The notes under the pieces: model-generated
Database searches by the model: none
Seen by the model: only the letters and a program-made list of their open reading frames with translations
Told to the model about the DNA's origin: nothing
In this document: positions 8,668 to 20,315 of the stretch, piece after piece
Position numbering within the stretch: position 1 is the stretch's first letter
How the letters are laid out: each line of letters starts with the position of its first letter
Made by a program: the position numbers and the translations under genes
NCBI RefSeq assembly: GCF_003367075.2
Contig: NZ_CP065936.1
Span: 840,001-872,000, forward strand
Length of the DNA: 32,000 nucleotides
Source: Cylindrospermopsis raciborskii Cr2010
GTDB taxonomy: Bacteria > Cyanobacteriota > Cyanobacteriia > Cyanobacteriales > Nostocaceae
Direction: 5' to 3'

Positions 8668-10335
8668 CTAGACCTCATCTTGTTGATGTCCATAGTCATA
8701 AGGTCCATGGGTAACCACAGGTAAAACTTCCCAATTTTCAATAATCGGGGGAGAACTAGTAGTCCATTCTAGGGTTAAACTCTTCCAGGGATTATCACCT
8801 GCTGACTCACCATTGAACCAACTATTAATCGCATTATAAGCAAAGGGAATAACAGAAATAGCTAAAATGAATGCTCCCACCGTACAAATCTGGTTCAAAC
8901 TAATAAATTGTGGGTCATACATAGCCACTCGTCTTGGCATCCCTTGTAATCCCAGTTCGTGCATTGGTAAAAATGTTAGGTTAGTACCAATAAAAGTCAG
9001 AATAAAGTGGATTTTACCCCAAGTTTCATTCATGATTTTACCGGTGATTTTGGGAAACCAATGATAGATACCAGAGTAAATGCCAAAAACAGAACCACCA
9101 AATAAAACATAGTGAAAATGGGCAACCACATAATAGGTATCATGAACGTGAACGTCAAAGGGAGCAGTTCCCATAGTTACGCCACTTAAACCACCCATAA
9201 CAAACATTGATAATAAACCAATTGCAAACAACATTGCACTGGTAAATCGGATTTTACCACCCCAAAGAGTTGCCACCCAACCAAATATCTTTACCCCTGT
9301 AGGAACAGCAACTATTAGTGTGGAAATAGTGAAAAACATGCGCATCCAACCAGGAGTACCACTGGTAAACATGTGGTGAACCCACACAAATAAACCTACC
9401 ACACAAATGGCAACACTAGAATAGGCGATCGCCTTATATCCAAAAATTGGTTTGCGCGCATGGGTAGGAATCACTTCTGACATAATGCCAAAAATTGGCA
9501 GAATCATTAAATAAACTGCTGGATGGGAATAAAACCAAAATAGATGTTGGTAAATAATCACGTTACCACCAGCATCAGGTTTGAAGAAGGAGGTACCGAA
9601 ATTAATGTCAAATAGTAGCAAAACTAAGCCTGCTGCTAACACGGGAGTGGATAAAAGTGCCAGAATAGAAGTTGCTAAAATTGCCCAACAAAATAGGGGA
9701 ACTTGATCCCATTTCATGCTAGGAACTTTCATCATCAAAATTGTGATGACAAAGTTAATTGAACCCAAAATTGAGGAAGTTCCTACTAAAACAATTGCTA
9801 AAATCCAGAGACTTTGAGCGATGGGGGCGGTAATTAAACTTAGGGGTGGATAGGCGGTCCAACCGGATTGAGAACCACCAAAAAAGAAACTGGCTAATAA
9901 TAGCAAACCTGCGGGGGGATTTAACCAAAAAGCAATGGCGTTTAATTTAGGAAATGCCATATCTCTAGCACCCACCATTAAGGGTACTAAATAATTACCA
10001 AATCCCCCAATAGCGCTGGGAACAATCCAAAGAAATATCATGATTGTTCCGTGATTAGTCATGAAGGCGTTATACAGATTGGGGTCAATGAAATCAGCGT
10101 CGGGTGTGGCTAATTCTGTGCGGATGGCAACGGCCATTAACCCACCTATTAAATAGAAGAAAAAGGCGGTGACTAAATATTGAATACCGATGACTTTATG
10201 ATCGGTATTAAAAGTAAAATAGTCTTTAAATTTCCAAGGTTCTTGATGTGAAGTGTGGGATACCAGAAGAGTTTTTTGTTGACTTTGATCTGGTGGATTT
10301 GTTGGTATTTCAGGAAAAAATTCGCTGGAAGTCAT
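8668..10335 (-). CDS. ctaD/coxA: Cytochrome c oxidase subunit I
   Basis: WLFWFYSHPAVYLMILP-type motif (HLFWFYSHPAVYLMILP) and HDTYYVVAHFHYVLFGG; 555 aa. Confidence 0.97.
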   Translation of the reverse strand: MTSSEFFPEIPTNPPDQSQQKTLLVSHTSHQEPWKFKDYFTFNTDHKVIGIQYLVTAFFFYLIGGLMAVAIRTELATPDADFIDPNLYNAFMTNHGTIMIFLWIVPSAIGGFGNYLVPLMVGARDMAFPKLNAIAFWLNPPAGLLLLASFFFGGSQSGWTAYPPLSLITAPIAQSLWILAIVLVGTSSILGSINFVITILMMKVPSMKWDQVPLFCWAILATSILALLSTPVLAAGLVLLLFDINFGTSFFKPDAGGNVIIYQHLFWFYSHPAVYLMILPIFGIMSEVIPTHARKPIFGYKAIAYSSVAICVVGLFVWVHHMFTSGTPGWMRMFFTISTLIVAVPTGVKIFGWVATLWGGKIRFTSAMLFAIGLLSMFVMGGLSGVTMGTAPFDVHVHDTYYVVAHFHYVLFGGSVFGIYSGIYHWFPKITGKIMNETWGKIHFILTFIGTNLTFLPMHELGLQGMPRRVAMYDPQFISLNQICTVGAFILAISVIPFAYNAINSWFNGESAGDNPWKSLTLEWTTSSPPIIENWEVLPVVTHGPYDYGHQQDEV

Positions 10336-10360
10336 GAGAATTATAAGTTGTGAGTTTTGG

Positions 10361-11347
10361 TTATTTGGTGATGCTCTTAAATGAGGGAATGATTTGGGAA
10401 TTTATTCCCATATTCTGAACATAGGGCGCTAGAAATTCCGTGGGAGATACATCACCAGGGTTAACAGCTAATATTTGGGGAGAATTTTGTTGTGCTACCT
10501 GATTTTCTGTTAACCAATGATTAAATTCCTCCTGACTGTGAACAATTACTTGGCTGCGCATGGAACCATGATAACCACCACATAATTCTGTGCAAACTAT
10601 GGGATAGGTTCCTGGTTTTGTTGCTACAAATCTCAGTTCTGTTGGTACACCAGGAATCGCATCTTGCTTGAGACGAAATTGGGGAACCCAAAATGAGTGA
10701 ATTACATCTGTCGCGGACAGGTTTAACTGTACGTCTGCACCTACAGGAATATGTAATTCTCCTGCATTTATGTCGGTTTCGGGATAGTTAAATAACCATG
10801 CAAATTGCATTCCTTGAACATTAACTACCAAATCTGCTGGTTTGTTTTGAGTTTCAGGACTTGCGCCAATCCCAATATTAGCAGCAGGTGTGTGAAGGGA
10901 ATTACTGGAAGATTTACTTTCATTATCCATGGTAGCTGCTATTGCTGTACCTGAAACATGGGCAATATGATGGGGATGACTACCTGGTTCTAAACCTCCC
11001 ATTTGATTATAGATATTGACGCTGTAAATACCTAAAGCAATTACAATTACTGTGGGTATGGCAGTCCAAAAAATCTCTAGGGCTAAATTGCCTTCTATGG
11101 GTATACCATCACTAGCATCTCCTGCACGACGACGATACACAAATAAGAAAATTACTATGGTTCCTTCAACTATTAAAAATAGAGCTACTGCAATGGTAAA
11201 CATGACATTAAAAAAATTGTCTACCAAGGGCGCTTGGGCTGAAGCTTGTATGGGTAACAAATGATGATGTTGTCCTATCCATATACTAATAGGAGAAATT
11301 ATCATTCCTACCAATAGTGTCCATAATGATACGGGAACTTTTTGCAT
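10361..11347 (-). CDS. ctaC/coxB: Cytochrome c oxidase subunit II
   Basis: Two N-terminal TM segments, GMQFAWLFNYPE, and the CuA motif CTELCGGYHGSM. Confidence 0.95.
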   Translation of the reverse strand: MQKVPVSLWTLLVGMIISPISIWIGQHHHLLPIQASAQAPLVDNFFNVMFTIAVALFLIVEGTIVIFLFVYRRRAGDASDGIPIEGNLALEIFWTAIPTVIVIALGIYSVNIYNQMGGLEPGSHPHHIAHVSGTAIAATMDNESKSSSNSLHTPAANIGIGASPETQNKPADLVVNVQGMQFAWLFNYPETDINAGELHIPVGADVQLNLSATDVIHSFWVPQFRLKQDAIPGVPTELRFVATKPGTYPIVCTELCGGYHGSMRSQVIVHSQEEFNHWLTENQVAQQNSPQILAVNPGDVSPTEFLAPYVQNMGINSQIIPSFKSITK

Positions 11348-11460
11348 AGGTTCTTTATTTGTGTGGTTGTGTTGTCAATTATCAGTTCCTATCTACAGTT
11401 TTACCTCACTCTATTGCCAAGTTGATAAAACTCCAGATTTTTTTCATATCCCCTGGTGAC

Positions 11461-11569
11461 TGGAATTAAATATAAGATGAACCTAGGTTGGGTTGAAGTA
11501 TGAAACCCAACACCCCCACCGGTTACGCCATCGTCAACCCATCCTACAAATCATTGTGCCTCCCCACTT
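11461..11569 (-). repeat. Palindromic intergenic repeat, copy 3 (inverted), interrupted by a ~65-bp second palindromic element
   Basis: tggaattaaatataagatgaac (11461-11482) and aaatcattgtgcctccccactt (11548-11569) together are the reverse complement of copies 1/2. The insert 11483-11547 has imperfect inverted ends ctaggttgggttga / tcaacccatcctac. Confidence 0.85.
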
Positions 11570-11586
11570 AAATCTACAGAATAAAT

Positions 11587-12636
11587 ATGATAAATAACAA
11601 ATTATTTCAGGAAGTGTTGTTAATTTTGAACTTTTCTTTTAACTCTTATCTCCACTCCTTGTATAATTTTGGTGTTCTGTTATTATTTAGTCCCTTGAAA
11701 CATATCAATAAACATATCAATTTTGATAATTTGTCGGTTGATGACTTGTCTCTCTGGATGGCACAATCCCAAACTTCTATATCCCAAGGTCAAGTTCTTC
11801 AGCGTATACCTCTGTTGGCTAATATTAATCCTCTATTGTTTGCTGTTTATATTTATTCTAAACCTAATATTCATTATAGTCTGGGAGATTATACTACTCC
11901 TTTCCCTTTCATGAGTGTTATTAAACCTTTTAGTTTTTTATATCTCCTTGAACATGTGGGTGAGGACCAGGTTCTTCAATCTGTGGGTACATCCCCTTCA
12001 TCAATGGCTTTTAATTCCTTAGAACAGCTAATTTCAGATAAGGGATACCCCCGCAACCCTATGATTAATAGTGGTGCCATTACTGTGGCTCATAAATTAA
12101 ATAATATAAGTCAGGTAATTAATAGTAGTAATTATACAGGAAGTTTTCTGTCTCAACCTTTTGTTGAATGGTTAAATAAATTGGCAGATACCCAACTATA
12201 CTTGGACGTGGCTATGTTGACTTCTGTCCGATCTACCCGTTCTCCTCTCAATTTGGCGATCGCACGGATTCTGTATGAAAATGGATATATTGACAATATT
12301 GAATCTGCTCTGGATATCTATGAGGAAATATGCTGTATTTCCGGAACGGTAGTAGATGTGGGGAAGTTGGGAAAATTATTGGCTCGGGAAAGTGGTTTAA
12401 TCGCTCCTGAGCATCGTCTATTGGTCAATCACGTCATGTTAGGTTGTGGACTTTATGAGTCCTCCCCCTACTATGCTCAAAAAATTGGTTTACCTATGAA
12501 GTCAGGTATTAGTGGGGCACTTTTGGCAATAATACCTGATCACGGTGCGATCGCTATTTATAGTCCTGCTTTAGATTTAACTGGTAATTCTATAGCAGGA
12601 CTAAGGTTTATTGAAACTTTATTTAGTAAATTGTGA
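11587..12636 (+). CDS. glsA: Glutaminase (GlsA family, divergent); the real start may be downstream of the first ATG
   Basis: FMSVIKPFSFL (SxxK), GYPRNPMINSGAI, PMKSGISGALLAIIPDHGAIAIYSPALDLTGNSIAG. Confidence 0.85.
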   Translation: MINNKLFQEVLLILNFSFNSYLHSLYNFGVLLLFSPLKHINKHINFDNLSVDDLSLWMAQSQTSISQGQVLQRIPLLANINPLLFAVYIYSKPNIHYSLGDYTTPFPFMSVIKPFSFLYLLEHVGEDQVLQSVGTSPSSMAFNSLEQLISDKGYPRNPMINSGAITVAHKLNNISQVINSSNYTGSFLSQPFVEWLNKLADTQLYLDVAMLTSVRSTRSPLNLAIARILYENGYIDNIESALDIYEEICCISGTVVDVGKLGKLLARESGLIAPEHRLLVNHVMLGCGLYESSPYYAQKIGLPMKSGISGALLAIIPDHGAIAIYSPALDLTGNSIAGLRFIETLFSKL

Positions 12637-14058
12637 TGTTTCCATTAATGCAGGGGAAGAAACAGGAGGTTCCGGAGTTGGTTTTGGCGCTAATGCTTCC
12701 TGGGTGGTTTCAGGTGTAGTCTCAACTGATGGAGAAATAGGAGGTTCCGGAGTTGGTTTTGGCGCTACTGCTTCCTGGGTAGTTTCAGGTGTAGTCTCAA
12801 CTGGTGGAGAAATAGGAGGTTCCGGAGTTGGTTTTGGCGCTACTGCTTCCTGGGTGATTTCAGGTGTAGTCTCAACTGGTGGAGAAACAGGAGGTTCCGG
12901 AGTTGGTTTTGGCGCTATCGCTTCCTGGGTAGTTTCAGGTGTAGTCTCAACTGGTGGAGAAACAGGAGGTTCCGGAGTTGGTTTTGGCGCTATCGCTTCC
13001 TGGGTAGTTTCAGGTGTAGTCTCAACTGATGGAGAAACAGGAGTCTCCACATAATTTTGGTCTACAATCCCTCTTACCTCTTGAGCAGTAACCTCTCCCC
13101 TCACGATTTTCGATAGAGTATCCTGACCACCGGGTTGATAATCAATCATTCTCACCGTGCTGTTAAATACGTTCTTAACAGGATTACCTTCATTGTCCAA
13201 AAATTCCAGTTCTAGCCAGTTTTTACCGGGTTTAAACCCTTTGAGGTAAATTGTCTGCCAATTGTCTAAAACAAAACTTTCACCATTAATAGTGCAACGA
13301 ATTCGCCAATTACCTATATTACTACCTACATTACCTTCCTCACCTTCAAGATTTTCTTGTGCACCCGTATGTAAAGGGGCATTTCCAAGATAAAAATCTA
13401 ACATTATTGGCTCCGCACCATAATTACCATTAGGACGACTGTAAGTAAGTAGAGGTAAATTAGGGTCAGGATTATTATCGCTGCTTTTTGTTAATACATG
13501 GAAAGTTGTTTGTGCATAAGCTCCCTCATTCTTAAAACTTTCGTGCCAGGGACGAGATGCAAAAACTCTGAGTGTATGTGTACCAGCAGATAAATCTTTA
13601 AGCACTAATGGAATATTTACATCGTAAACCGGTATGTAAGGTTGATTATCAAGAATAACGTGTAAATGTGGACCTAGCTGAAGTTGAGGATGCTTAAAGA
13701 TTGGTAAATCCCTCACCTGGAAACGCACTGCTACAGAGTTCTCTTCTATAACCTGATCAAAGATGGGATTAATTATTGATACCTGTGGTTGATAAGGTTC
13801 TAAATTAGATTCTAGCTCTTGAATAACTTGTGGTGGGGATACCTCAGAGAACTGTCGTGGTGTTTGGGGAATTTCAACTGCTGGTTTTTCTGGTTCAATA
13901 ACTACATCTTGCCCTCCTGCTTTATCAGTACAAGCACTAGTATAAAAGGCTATTATAAGAATAACAACCCATCTTGTTAGGGAAAAGCAAAATTGAAAAA
14001 GGCTTTTTTTCATTTGTATTAACTTATGGTTCATACCCTTACCTAAGGTTCTCCTCAA
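12619..14058 (-). CDS. Putative lipoprotein with a C-terminal Pro/Glu/Thr-rich tandem repeat tail
   Basis: Signal peptide with a lipobox-like end (LIIAFYTSAC), a conserved-looking middle domain, and a tail of 25-aa repeats (PVETTPETTQEAIAPKPTPEPPVSP). Confidence 0.8.
   Translation of the reverse strand: MRRTLGKGMNHKLIQMKKSLFQFCFSLTRWVVILIIAFYTSACTDKAGGQDVVIEPEKPAVEIPQTPRQFSEVSPPQVIQELESNLEPYQPQVSIINPIFDQVIEENSVAVRFQVRDLPIFKHPQLQLGPHLHVILDNQPYIPVYDVNIPLVLKDLSAGTHTLRVFASRPWHESFKNEGAYAQTTFHVLTKSSDNNPDPNLPLLTYSRPNGNYGAEPIMLDFYLGNAPLHTGAQENLEGEEGNVGSNIGNWRIRCTINGESFVLDNWQTIYLKGFKPGKNWLELEFLDNEGNPVKNVFNSTVRMIDYQPGGQDTLSKIVRGEVTAQEVRGIVDQNYVETPVSPSVETTPETTQEAIAPKPTPEPPVSPPVETTPETTQEAIAPKPTPEPPVSPPVETTPEITQEAVAPKPTPEPPISPPVETTPETTQEAVAPKPTPEPPISPSVETTPETTQEALAPKPTPEPPVSSPALMETSQFTK
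12665..13048. repeat. 75-bp tandem repeat, about 5 copies
   Basis: 'ggaggttccggag' begins at 12665, 12740, 12815, 12890 and 12965, an exact 75-bp period. It encodes the 25-aa repeat of the minus-strand lipoprotein. Confidence 0.97.
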
Positions 14059-14545
14059 GAAAATCTATTGATCACATATTAAACGACAACAAGTCTCACT
14101 CACACATTTTCCCCTAAACTTAGGAAAAATAATCATTCTGTAGTTTGAGATAGATTGCTCTTCTCCAACCGAATTGCCATATTAAGTAACATTAGTTACC
14201 AGAAATTATGGTAATAGTTTACGTACAACTAAGGTCGGGAGAGCAGGGACAGGGTGGCCACAGGATCCTAAAAACTATTAGTTTTAAGAATTGTAATGGT
14301 TTGTAAATTAAATAAAAAAACTATTGACTTTTTAGCAAGAGACCCAAATATAAAAGGCAGATGTAACAACGAATCTGGCAATTTTAAATTATTGTTAAAA
14401 TGTCTCCAACAAAGTACAAGTACAGACTCTATAATTCAACAGAAACGAAAAATCCACACGGTTCCAGAAAACAACTGGAAACGAAGAGTAAAATTAACTC
14501 TGTGGTGTCCATGATTCCTCATTCCCTATTGACAGAGGAGGTCGA

Positions 14546-16801
14546 ATGACGATTAGTCCTCCGGAGCGAGAGGCGAAAAAAGCAAGAGTCATAGTTGATA
14601 ATGACCCCGTGCCTACCTCATTTGAGAAATGGGCCCAACCTGGTCACTTCGACAGATCCTTGGCTAAAGGTCCAAAAACCACCACGTGGATTTGGGACCT
14701 CCACGCCCTCGCCCACGATTTCGATACGCACACAAGCGACTTAGAAGACATTTCCCGCAAAATCTTCTCCGCACACTTTGGCCATTTGGCCGTGGTGACA
14801 ATATGGTTAAGCGGAATGATCTTCCATGGAGCTAAGTTCTCTAATTACGAAGCTTGGTTAGCAGATCCGCTAGGGGTAAAACCCAGCGCGCAAACTGTAT
14901 GGCCAATTGTGGGACAAGACATTTTAAATGGTGATGTTGGTGGCGGTTTCCACGGCATTCAAATCACCTCTGGGTTATTTCAAGTGTGGCGTGGTTGGGG
15001 TATAACCAGCTCATTCCAACTTTATGTAACTGCTATTGGCGGTTTAGTGTTAGCAGGTTTATTCCTGTTTGCTGGTTGGTTCCACTACCACAAACGCGCT
15101 CCCAAACTGGAATGGTTCCAAAACGTGGAGTCAATGCTAAATCACCACTTAGCCGTATTATTAGGCTGTGGTTCCTTGGGATGGACAGGTCACATTATTC
15201 ACGTTTCCGCACCAGTTAACAAACTGTTGGATTCCGGTGTGGCTATTAAGGATATTCCCTTGCCTCATGAGTTCATTTTGAACAAAGAACTGATTGCCCA
15301 CCTGTATCCTAGCTTTGCTAGTGGGTTAACTCCTTTCTTCACCTTGAACTGGGGAGCCTACGCTGACATTTTGACCTTTAAAGGTGGATTGAATCCAGTA
15401 ACAGGCGGGCTGTGGATGACTGATATTGCTCATCACCACCTGGCGATCGCAGTGTTATTCATCATCGCTGGTCACATGTACCGCACCAACTGGGGTATCG
15501 GTCACAGCATCAAAGATATCCTAGAAAACCACAAGGGTCCTTTCACAGGTGAAGGTCATAAAGGTCTCTACGAAAACCTGACCACCTCTTGGCATGCCCA
15601 ACTGGCTACCAACCTGGCTTTCTTGGGTTCCTTGACAATCATCATCGCTCATCACATGTACGCGATGCCTCCCTATCCATATTTGGCAACCGACTACGCC
15701 ACACAGTTGTGTATATTTACACACCACATGTGGATAGGTGGGTTCCTGATTGTAGGTGGTGCTGCTCACGCGGCAATCTTCATGGTGCGCGACTATGATC
15801 CAGTAGTGAACCAAAACAACGTGTTGGATCGTGTGATTCGTCACCGTGATGCTATCATATCTCACCTCAACTGGGTTTGTATATTCTTAGGCTTTCATAG
15901 CTTTGGTTTGTACATTCACAATGACACAATGAGTGCTCTGGGTCGTCCCCAGGACATGTTCTCAGACACAGCAATTCAATTGCAACCAGTGTTTGCTCAG
16001 TGGATACAAAATCAACACCACCTAGCACCCGGAACAACAGCACCCAATGCTCTAGAAGCAGTAAGCTACGTGTTTGGCGGTGGAGTGTTGGCAGTAGGTG
16101 GCAAAGTAGCAGCTGCAGCTATTCCTTTAGGCACAGCGGACTTTTTGATTCACCACATTCACGCTTTTACCATTCATGTAACAGTGCTAATCCTGCTCAA
16201 AGGTGTACTGTATGCTCGTAGTTCTCGTTTAATTCCAGATAAAGCCAATTTAGGCTTCCGCTTCCCTTGCGACGGTCCAGGTCGTGGTGGTACCTGCCAA
16301 GTTTCCGGTTGGGACCATGTATTCCTAGGACTGTTCTGGATGTATAACTCCCTATCTATTGTAATCTTCCACTTTAGCTGGAAAATGCAGTCGGATGTAT
16401 GGGGTACTGTAGATGATGGGGTGGTTAGTCACATCACAGGTGATAACTTTGCCCAAGGTGCCATCACCATCAACGGTTGGTTACGGGATTTCCTGTGGGC
16501 ACAAGCTACAGAAGTAATCAACTCCTACGGTAGTGAACTATCCGCTTACGGACTAATGTTTTTGGGCGCTCACTTCATTTGGGCATTCAGTTTAATGTTC
16601 CTGTTCAGTGGTCGCGGCTACTGGCAAGAATTAATTGAGTCCATAGTTTGGGCACATAATAAACTAAAAGTAGCTCCCACAATTCAACCCCGCGCTTTGA
16701 GCATCACTCAAGGTCGGGCCGTAGGTGTAGCTCACTACCTCCTGGGAGGAATTGCCACTACCTGGGCATTCTTCCACGCACACATCCTTTCGGTAGGTTA
16801 A
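14546..16801 (+). CDS. psaA: Photosystem I P700 apoprotein A1
   Basis: Full-length 751-aa PsaA; [23 protein letters not shown] Fx-binding loop. Confidence 0.99.
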   Translation: MTISPPEREAKKARVIVDNDPVPTSFEKWAQPGHFDRSLAKGPKTTTWIWDLHALAHDFDTHTSDLEDISRKIFSAHFGHLAVVTIWLSGMIFHGAKFSNYEAWLADPLGVKPSAQTVWPIVGQDILNGDVGGGFHGIQITSGLFQVWRGWGITSSFQLYVTAIGGLVLAGLFLFAGWFHYHKRAPKLEWFQNVESMLNHHLAVLLGCGSLGWTGHIIHVSAPVNKLLDSGVAIKDIPLPHEFILNKELIAHLYPSFASGLTPFFTLNWGAYADILTFKGGLNPVTGGLWMTDIAHHHLAIAVLFIIAGHMYRTNWGIGHSIKDILENHKGPFTGEGHKGLYENLTTSWHAQLATNLAFLGSLTIIIAHHMYAMPPYPYLATDYATQLCIFTHHMWIGGFLIVGGAAHAAIFMVRDYDPVVNQNNVLDRVIRHRDAIISHLNWVCIFLGFHSFGLYIHNDTMSALGRPQDMFSDTAIQLQPVFAQWIQNQHHLAPGTTAPNALEAVSYVFGGGVLAVGGKVAAAAIPLGTADFLIHHIHAFTIHVTVLILLKGVLYARSSRLIPDKANLGFRFPCDGPGRGGTCQVSGWDHVFLGLFWMYNSLSIVIFHFSWKMQSDVWGTVDDGVVSHITGDNFAQGAITINGWLRDFLWAQATEVINSYGSELSAYGLMFLGAHFIWAFSLMFLFSGRGYWQELIESIVWAHNKLKVAPTIQPRALSITQGRAVGVAHYLLGGIATTWAFFHAHILSVG

Positions 16802-16911
16802 CAACTTCAGGCGATATTTTGGGTTTTGGAAATTACCAAAATCTAAGACCCAAAATGTCTCTGATACTAAGCAATGGCTAAAGGTCAAAGGTCAGAGGAA
16901 TCATCAACCCT

Positions 16912-19143
16912 ATGGCAACAAAATTTCCCAAATTTAGCCAGGATCTCGCACAGGACCCGACTACCCGTCGGATTTGGTATGCGATCGCCACAGGCAACGA
17001 TTTTGAGAGCCATGACGGCATGACGGAAGAAAATCTTTACCAAAAGATTTTCGCTACCCATTTCGGTCACCTGGCAATCATCTTTCTGTGGGCATCCAGC
17101 CTCCTGTTCCACGTAGCCTGGCAAGGTAACTTTGAACAGTGGATCAAAGATCCCCTTAACGTCCGTCCCATCGCCCATGCGATTTGGGATCCTCATTTCG
17201 GCGCACCAGCAGTTGACGCTTTTACCCAAGCTGGCGCAAGCAATCCTGTCAACATTGCTTACTCAGGTGTTTATCACTGGTGGTACACCATTGGGATGCG
17301 GACAAACCAAGAACTATATACCGGTTCCCTAGGCTTGTTGCTCTTGGCCGCATTGTTCCTATTTACTGGTTGGTTGCACTTGCAACCCAAGTTCCGTCCT
17401 AGTCTCTCTTGGTTCAAGAGTGCTGAACCCCGTTTAAATCACCACCTAGCTGGTTTATTTGGTGTTAGCTCCCTAGCATGGACTGGTCACTTGGTTCACG
17501 TTGCCATTCCTGAGTCTCGCGGTATTCACGTGGGCTGGGATAACTTCTTGAGTGTGGCTCCCCACCCCGCAGGTTTGACCCCCTTCTTCACCGGTAACTG
17601 GGGTGTATATGCTCAGAACCCCGATACCGCAGGTCAGATCTTTGGCACCTCCACCGGCGCAGGAACAGCAATTTTGACCTTCTTAGGTGGTTTCCATCCT
17701 CAAACAGAATCTCTGTGGTTGACTGATATAGCTCATCACCATCTGGCGATCGCAGTTCTGTTTATTATTGCTGGTCACATGTACCGCACCAACTTTGGAA
17801 TTGGTCACAGCATCAAAGAAATGCTGAATTCCAAATCAGGTTTAGTCCCCGGTAGCAAGAGTGAAGGTCAGTTCAACTTACCTCACCAAGGTTTGTACGA
17901 CACCATCAACAACTCCTTACACTTCCAACTGTCTTTGGCCTTGGCAGCGTTAGGAACCGTCACTTCCTTGGTGGCGCAACACATGTACTCTCTGCCTTCC
18001 TACGCGTTCATCGCTAAGGACTACACCACCCAGGCAGCATTGTATACCCACCACCAGTACATAGCTGGTTTCTTGATGGTTGGTGCTTTTGCCCACGCTG
18101 CCATCTTCTGGGTTCGGGACTACGATCCAGAACAAAACAAAGGCAACGTACTAGACCGGATTCTTCAGCACAAAGAAGCGATTATCTCCCACCTCAGCTG
18201 GGTGTCCCTGTTCCTCGGTTTCCACACCTTGGGTCTGTACGTTCATAACGATGTAGTGGTTGCTTTCGGTACTCCTGAAAAGCAAATCCTCATCGAGCCA
18301 GTGTTTGCCCAATTTATTCAAGCTGCTCAAGGTAAAGCTTTATACGGGCTTAACGTATTGTTGTCTAACCCTGACAGTATTGCCTACACAGCTTACCCCA
18401 ACGCTGGTAATGTTTGGTTACCTGGTTGGTTAGATGCCATTAACTCTGGTACTAACTCCCTGTTCTTAACCATTGGACCTGGCGACTTCTTGGTTCACCA
18501 TGCCTTTGCTTTAGCTATTCACACCACCACCTTAGTACTGGTTAAAGGTGCTTTAGATGCTCGTGGTTCCAAGCTAATGCCTGACAAAAAGGATTTTGGT
18601 TACGCCTTCCCTTGCGACGGTCCTGGTCGGGGCGGTACTTGCGATATTTCAGCTTGGGACGCTTTCTACCTAGCAATGTTCTGGATGTTAAACACCATTG
18701 GTTGGGTAACCTTCTATTGGCACTGGAAACACCTGGGTATTTGGCAGGGTAACGTTGCCCAATTCAACGAAAACTCAACCTATTTAATGGGATGGTTCCG
18801 CGATTACCTCTGGGCCAACTCTGCTCAGTTGATCAACGGCTACAATGCCTATGGTATGAATAACCTATCTGTTTGGGCTTGGATGTTCTTATTTGGACAC
18901 CTAGTCTGGGCAACTGGTTTCATGTTCTTGATCTCCTGGAGAGGATATTGGCAAGAATTAATCGAAACCTTGGTTTGGGCTCACGAGCGCACTCCTTTAG
19001 CTAACCTAGTTCGCTGGAAGGATAAACCCGTTGCTCTCTCCATCGTTCAAGCTCGTGTGGTTGGTTTAGCTCACTTCACCGTTGGCTACATCCTTACCTA
19101 TGCAGCATTCCTAATTGCTTCTACCGCTGGCAAATTTGGTTGA
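16912..19143 (+). CDS. psaB: Photosystem I P700 apoprotein A2
   Basis: Full-length 743-aa PsaB; [23 protein letters not shown]. Confidence 0.99.
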   Translation: MATKFPKFSQDLAQDPTTRRIWYAIATGNDFESHDGMTEENLYQKIFATHFGHLAIIFLWASSLLFHVAWQGNFEQWIKDPLNVRPIAHAIWDPHFGAPAVDAFTQAGASNPVNIAYSGVYHWWYTIGMRTNQELYTGSLGLLLLAALFLFTGWLHLQPKFRPSLSWFKSAEPRLNHHLAGLFGVSSLAWTGHLVHVAIPESRGIHVGWDNFLSVAPHPAGLTPFFTGNWGVYAQNPDTAGQIFGTSTGAGTAILTFLGGFHPQTESLWLTDIAHHHLAIAVLFIIAGHMYRTNFGIGHSIKEMLNSKSGLVPGSKSEGQFNLPHQGLYDTINNSLHFQLSLALAALGTVTSLVAQHMYSLPSYAFIAKDYTTQAALYTHHQYIAGFLMVGAFAHAAIFWVRDYDPEQNKGNVLDRILQHKEAIISHLSWVSLFLGFHTLGLYVHNDVVVAFGTPEKQILIEPVFAQFIQAAQGKALYGLNVLLSNPDSIAYTAYPNAGNVWLPGWLDAINSGTNSLFLTIGPGDFLVHHAFALAIHTTTLVLVKGALDARGSKLMPDKKDFGYAFPCDGPGRGGTCDISAWDAFYLAMFWMLNTIGWVTFYWHWKHLGIWQGNVAQFNENSTYLMGWFRDYLWANSAQLINGYNAYGMNNLSVWAWMFLFGHLVWATGFMFLISWRGYWQELIETLVWAHERTPLANLVRWKDKPVALSIVQARVVGLAHFTVGYILTYAAFLIASTAGKFG

Positions 19144-19165
19144 TGCTCACGTAGTAGTTAATAGC

Positions 19166-19186
19166 CCCACCCTCCCCCAGGGTGGG
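19166..19186 (+). terminator. GC-rich hairpin 22 bp after the psaB stop, candidate transcript end or 3' stabiliser
   Basis: CCCACCCT (19166-19173), loop CCCCC, AGGGTGGG (19179-19186). No clean U-tract follows. Confidence 0.5.
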
Positions 19187-19226
19187 ACTAAAGCTTTAAT
19201 TAGAGCTTTCAAAAGATTTATCTATA

Positions 19227-20261
19227 GTGGTAATTATGCTTTATCCTGTAATCTGGAAAAATGACTCAGTTATACTAATTGATCAAACTCGTCTACCCAA
19301 TGAATACGCTGTGATTGAGGTTCATCGTAGTCAGGATATGGCTGAGGCAATTAGAACCATGATTGTTAGAGGCGCACCTGCTATTGGTGTGGCTGCTGCT
19401 TATGGTATGTATTTGGGCGCCAGGGAAATAAAAACAAATAATCGCCAGGAGTTTTTACATGAATTAGAAGGTGTGGCCCAGTTATTACGCTCTACTCGCC
19501 CCACTGCGGTCAATCTATTTTGGGCTATTGGCAGAATGATGCAAATTGCCTATGAAACCCTAGGAACTATAGAAGAAATTAAACAAAATCTGCTACAAAC
19601 TGCTGAAAAAATTCGTACTGAAGATCTAGAAACTTGTCAACTTATAGGTGATAACGGGTTGAAAGTTTTACCGAAAACACCAGAAAAATTAATTATTCTG
19701 ACTCATTGTAATGCAGGTGCTTTAGCAACCGCTGGTTATGGTACAGCATTGGGGGTGGTGCGTTCAGCTTGGAAAGAGGGGAGACTAACTAGGGTTTTTG
19801 CCGATGAAACTCGTCCTCGTTTACAAGGTGCAAAGCTCACCGCATGGGAATGTGTACAAGAAGGTATTCCCGTCACTGTCATTGCTGATAATATGGCAGC
19901 ACACTGTATGAAGCAAGGTTTAATTGATGCCGTAGTTGTTGGTGCAGATAGAATAGCAGCCAATGGAGACACAGCGAATAAAATAGGTACTTATAATCTA
20001 GCCATTGTTGCTAAATCCCATAATGTTCCATTTTTTGTAGCTGCACCTGTTTCCACCATTGATTTCAGTCTAGATAGTGGGGATAAAATTCCCATAGAAG
20101 AGCGTCACCCATCCGAAATTTACCAGGTTGGTGATAGTATGCTCACACCTTCAGGCGTGGAATTTTATAATCCCGCTTTTGATGTCACCCCAGCTGAATT
20201 AATAACAGCTATCATTACTGAAAATGGTGCTTTTGCTCCCAATGAATTGCCCACTCCATGA
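19227..20261 (+). CDS. mtnA: S-methyl-5-thioribose-1-phosphate isomerase
   Basis: [60 protein letters not shown]. Confidence 0.95.
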   Translation: MVIMLYPVIWKNDSVILIDQTRLPNEYAVIEVHRSQDMAEAIRTMIVRGAPAIGVAAAYGMYLGAREIKTNNRQEFLHELEGVAQLLRSTRPTAVNLFWAIGRMMQIAYETLGTIEEIKQNLLQTAEKIRTEDLETCQLIGDNGLKVLPKTPEKLIILTHCNAGALATAGYGTALGVVRSAWKEGRLTRVFADETRPRLQGAKLTAWECVQEGIPVTVIADNMAAHCMKQGLIDAVVVGADRIAANGDTANKIGTYNLAIVAKSHNVPFFVAAPVSTIDFSLDSGDKIPIEERHPSEIYQVGDSMLTPSGVEFYNPAFDVTPAELITAIITENGAFAPNELPTP

Positions 20262-20315
20262 TTACCAGTCATAATAGTCATAACATAATATTCATAACCA
20301 GTCTCACATTATAAC

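Noticed and set aside
11587-12636. Glutaminase lacking the canonical SE...RN motif (LTSVRSTRSPLN), considered as an inactive enzyme
   Set aside because: Other core motifs (SVIK, PRNPMINSGAI, KSGISG) are intact, and from memory cyanobacterial members share this divergence, so it is not reported as an anomaly without an alignment.
12611-13054. 147-aa plus-strand ORF with GGSGVGFGA.ASWVVSGVVSTGGE repeats
   Set aside because: It is the antisense reading of the 75-bp tandem repeat in the minus-strand lipoprotein gene. A frame with no stops is expected because the period is a multiple of three.
15521-18135. Several antisense ORFs of 61-114 aa within psaA and psaB
   Set aside because: They lie fully inside or across the highly conserved, GC-richer psaA/psaB genes and have no family resemblance; treated as coding-strand shadows.
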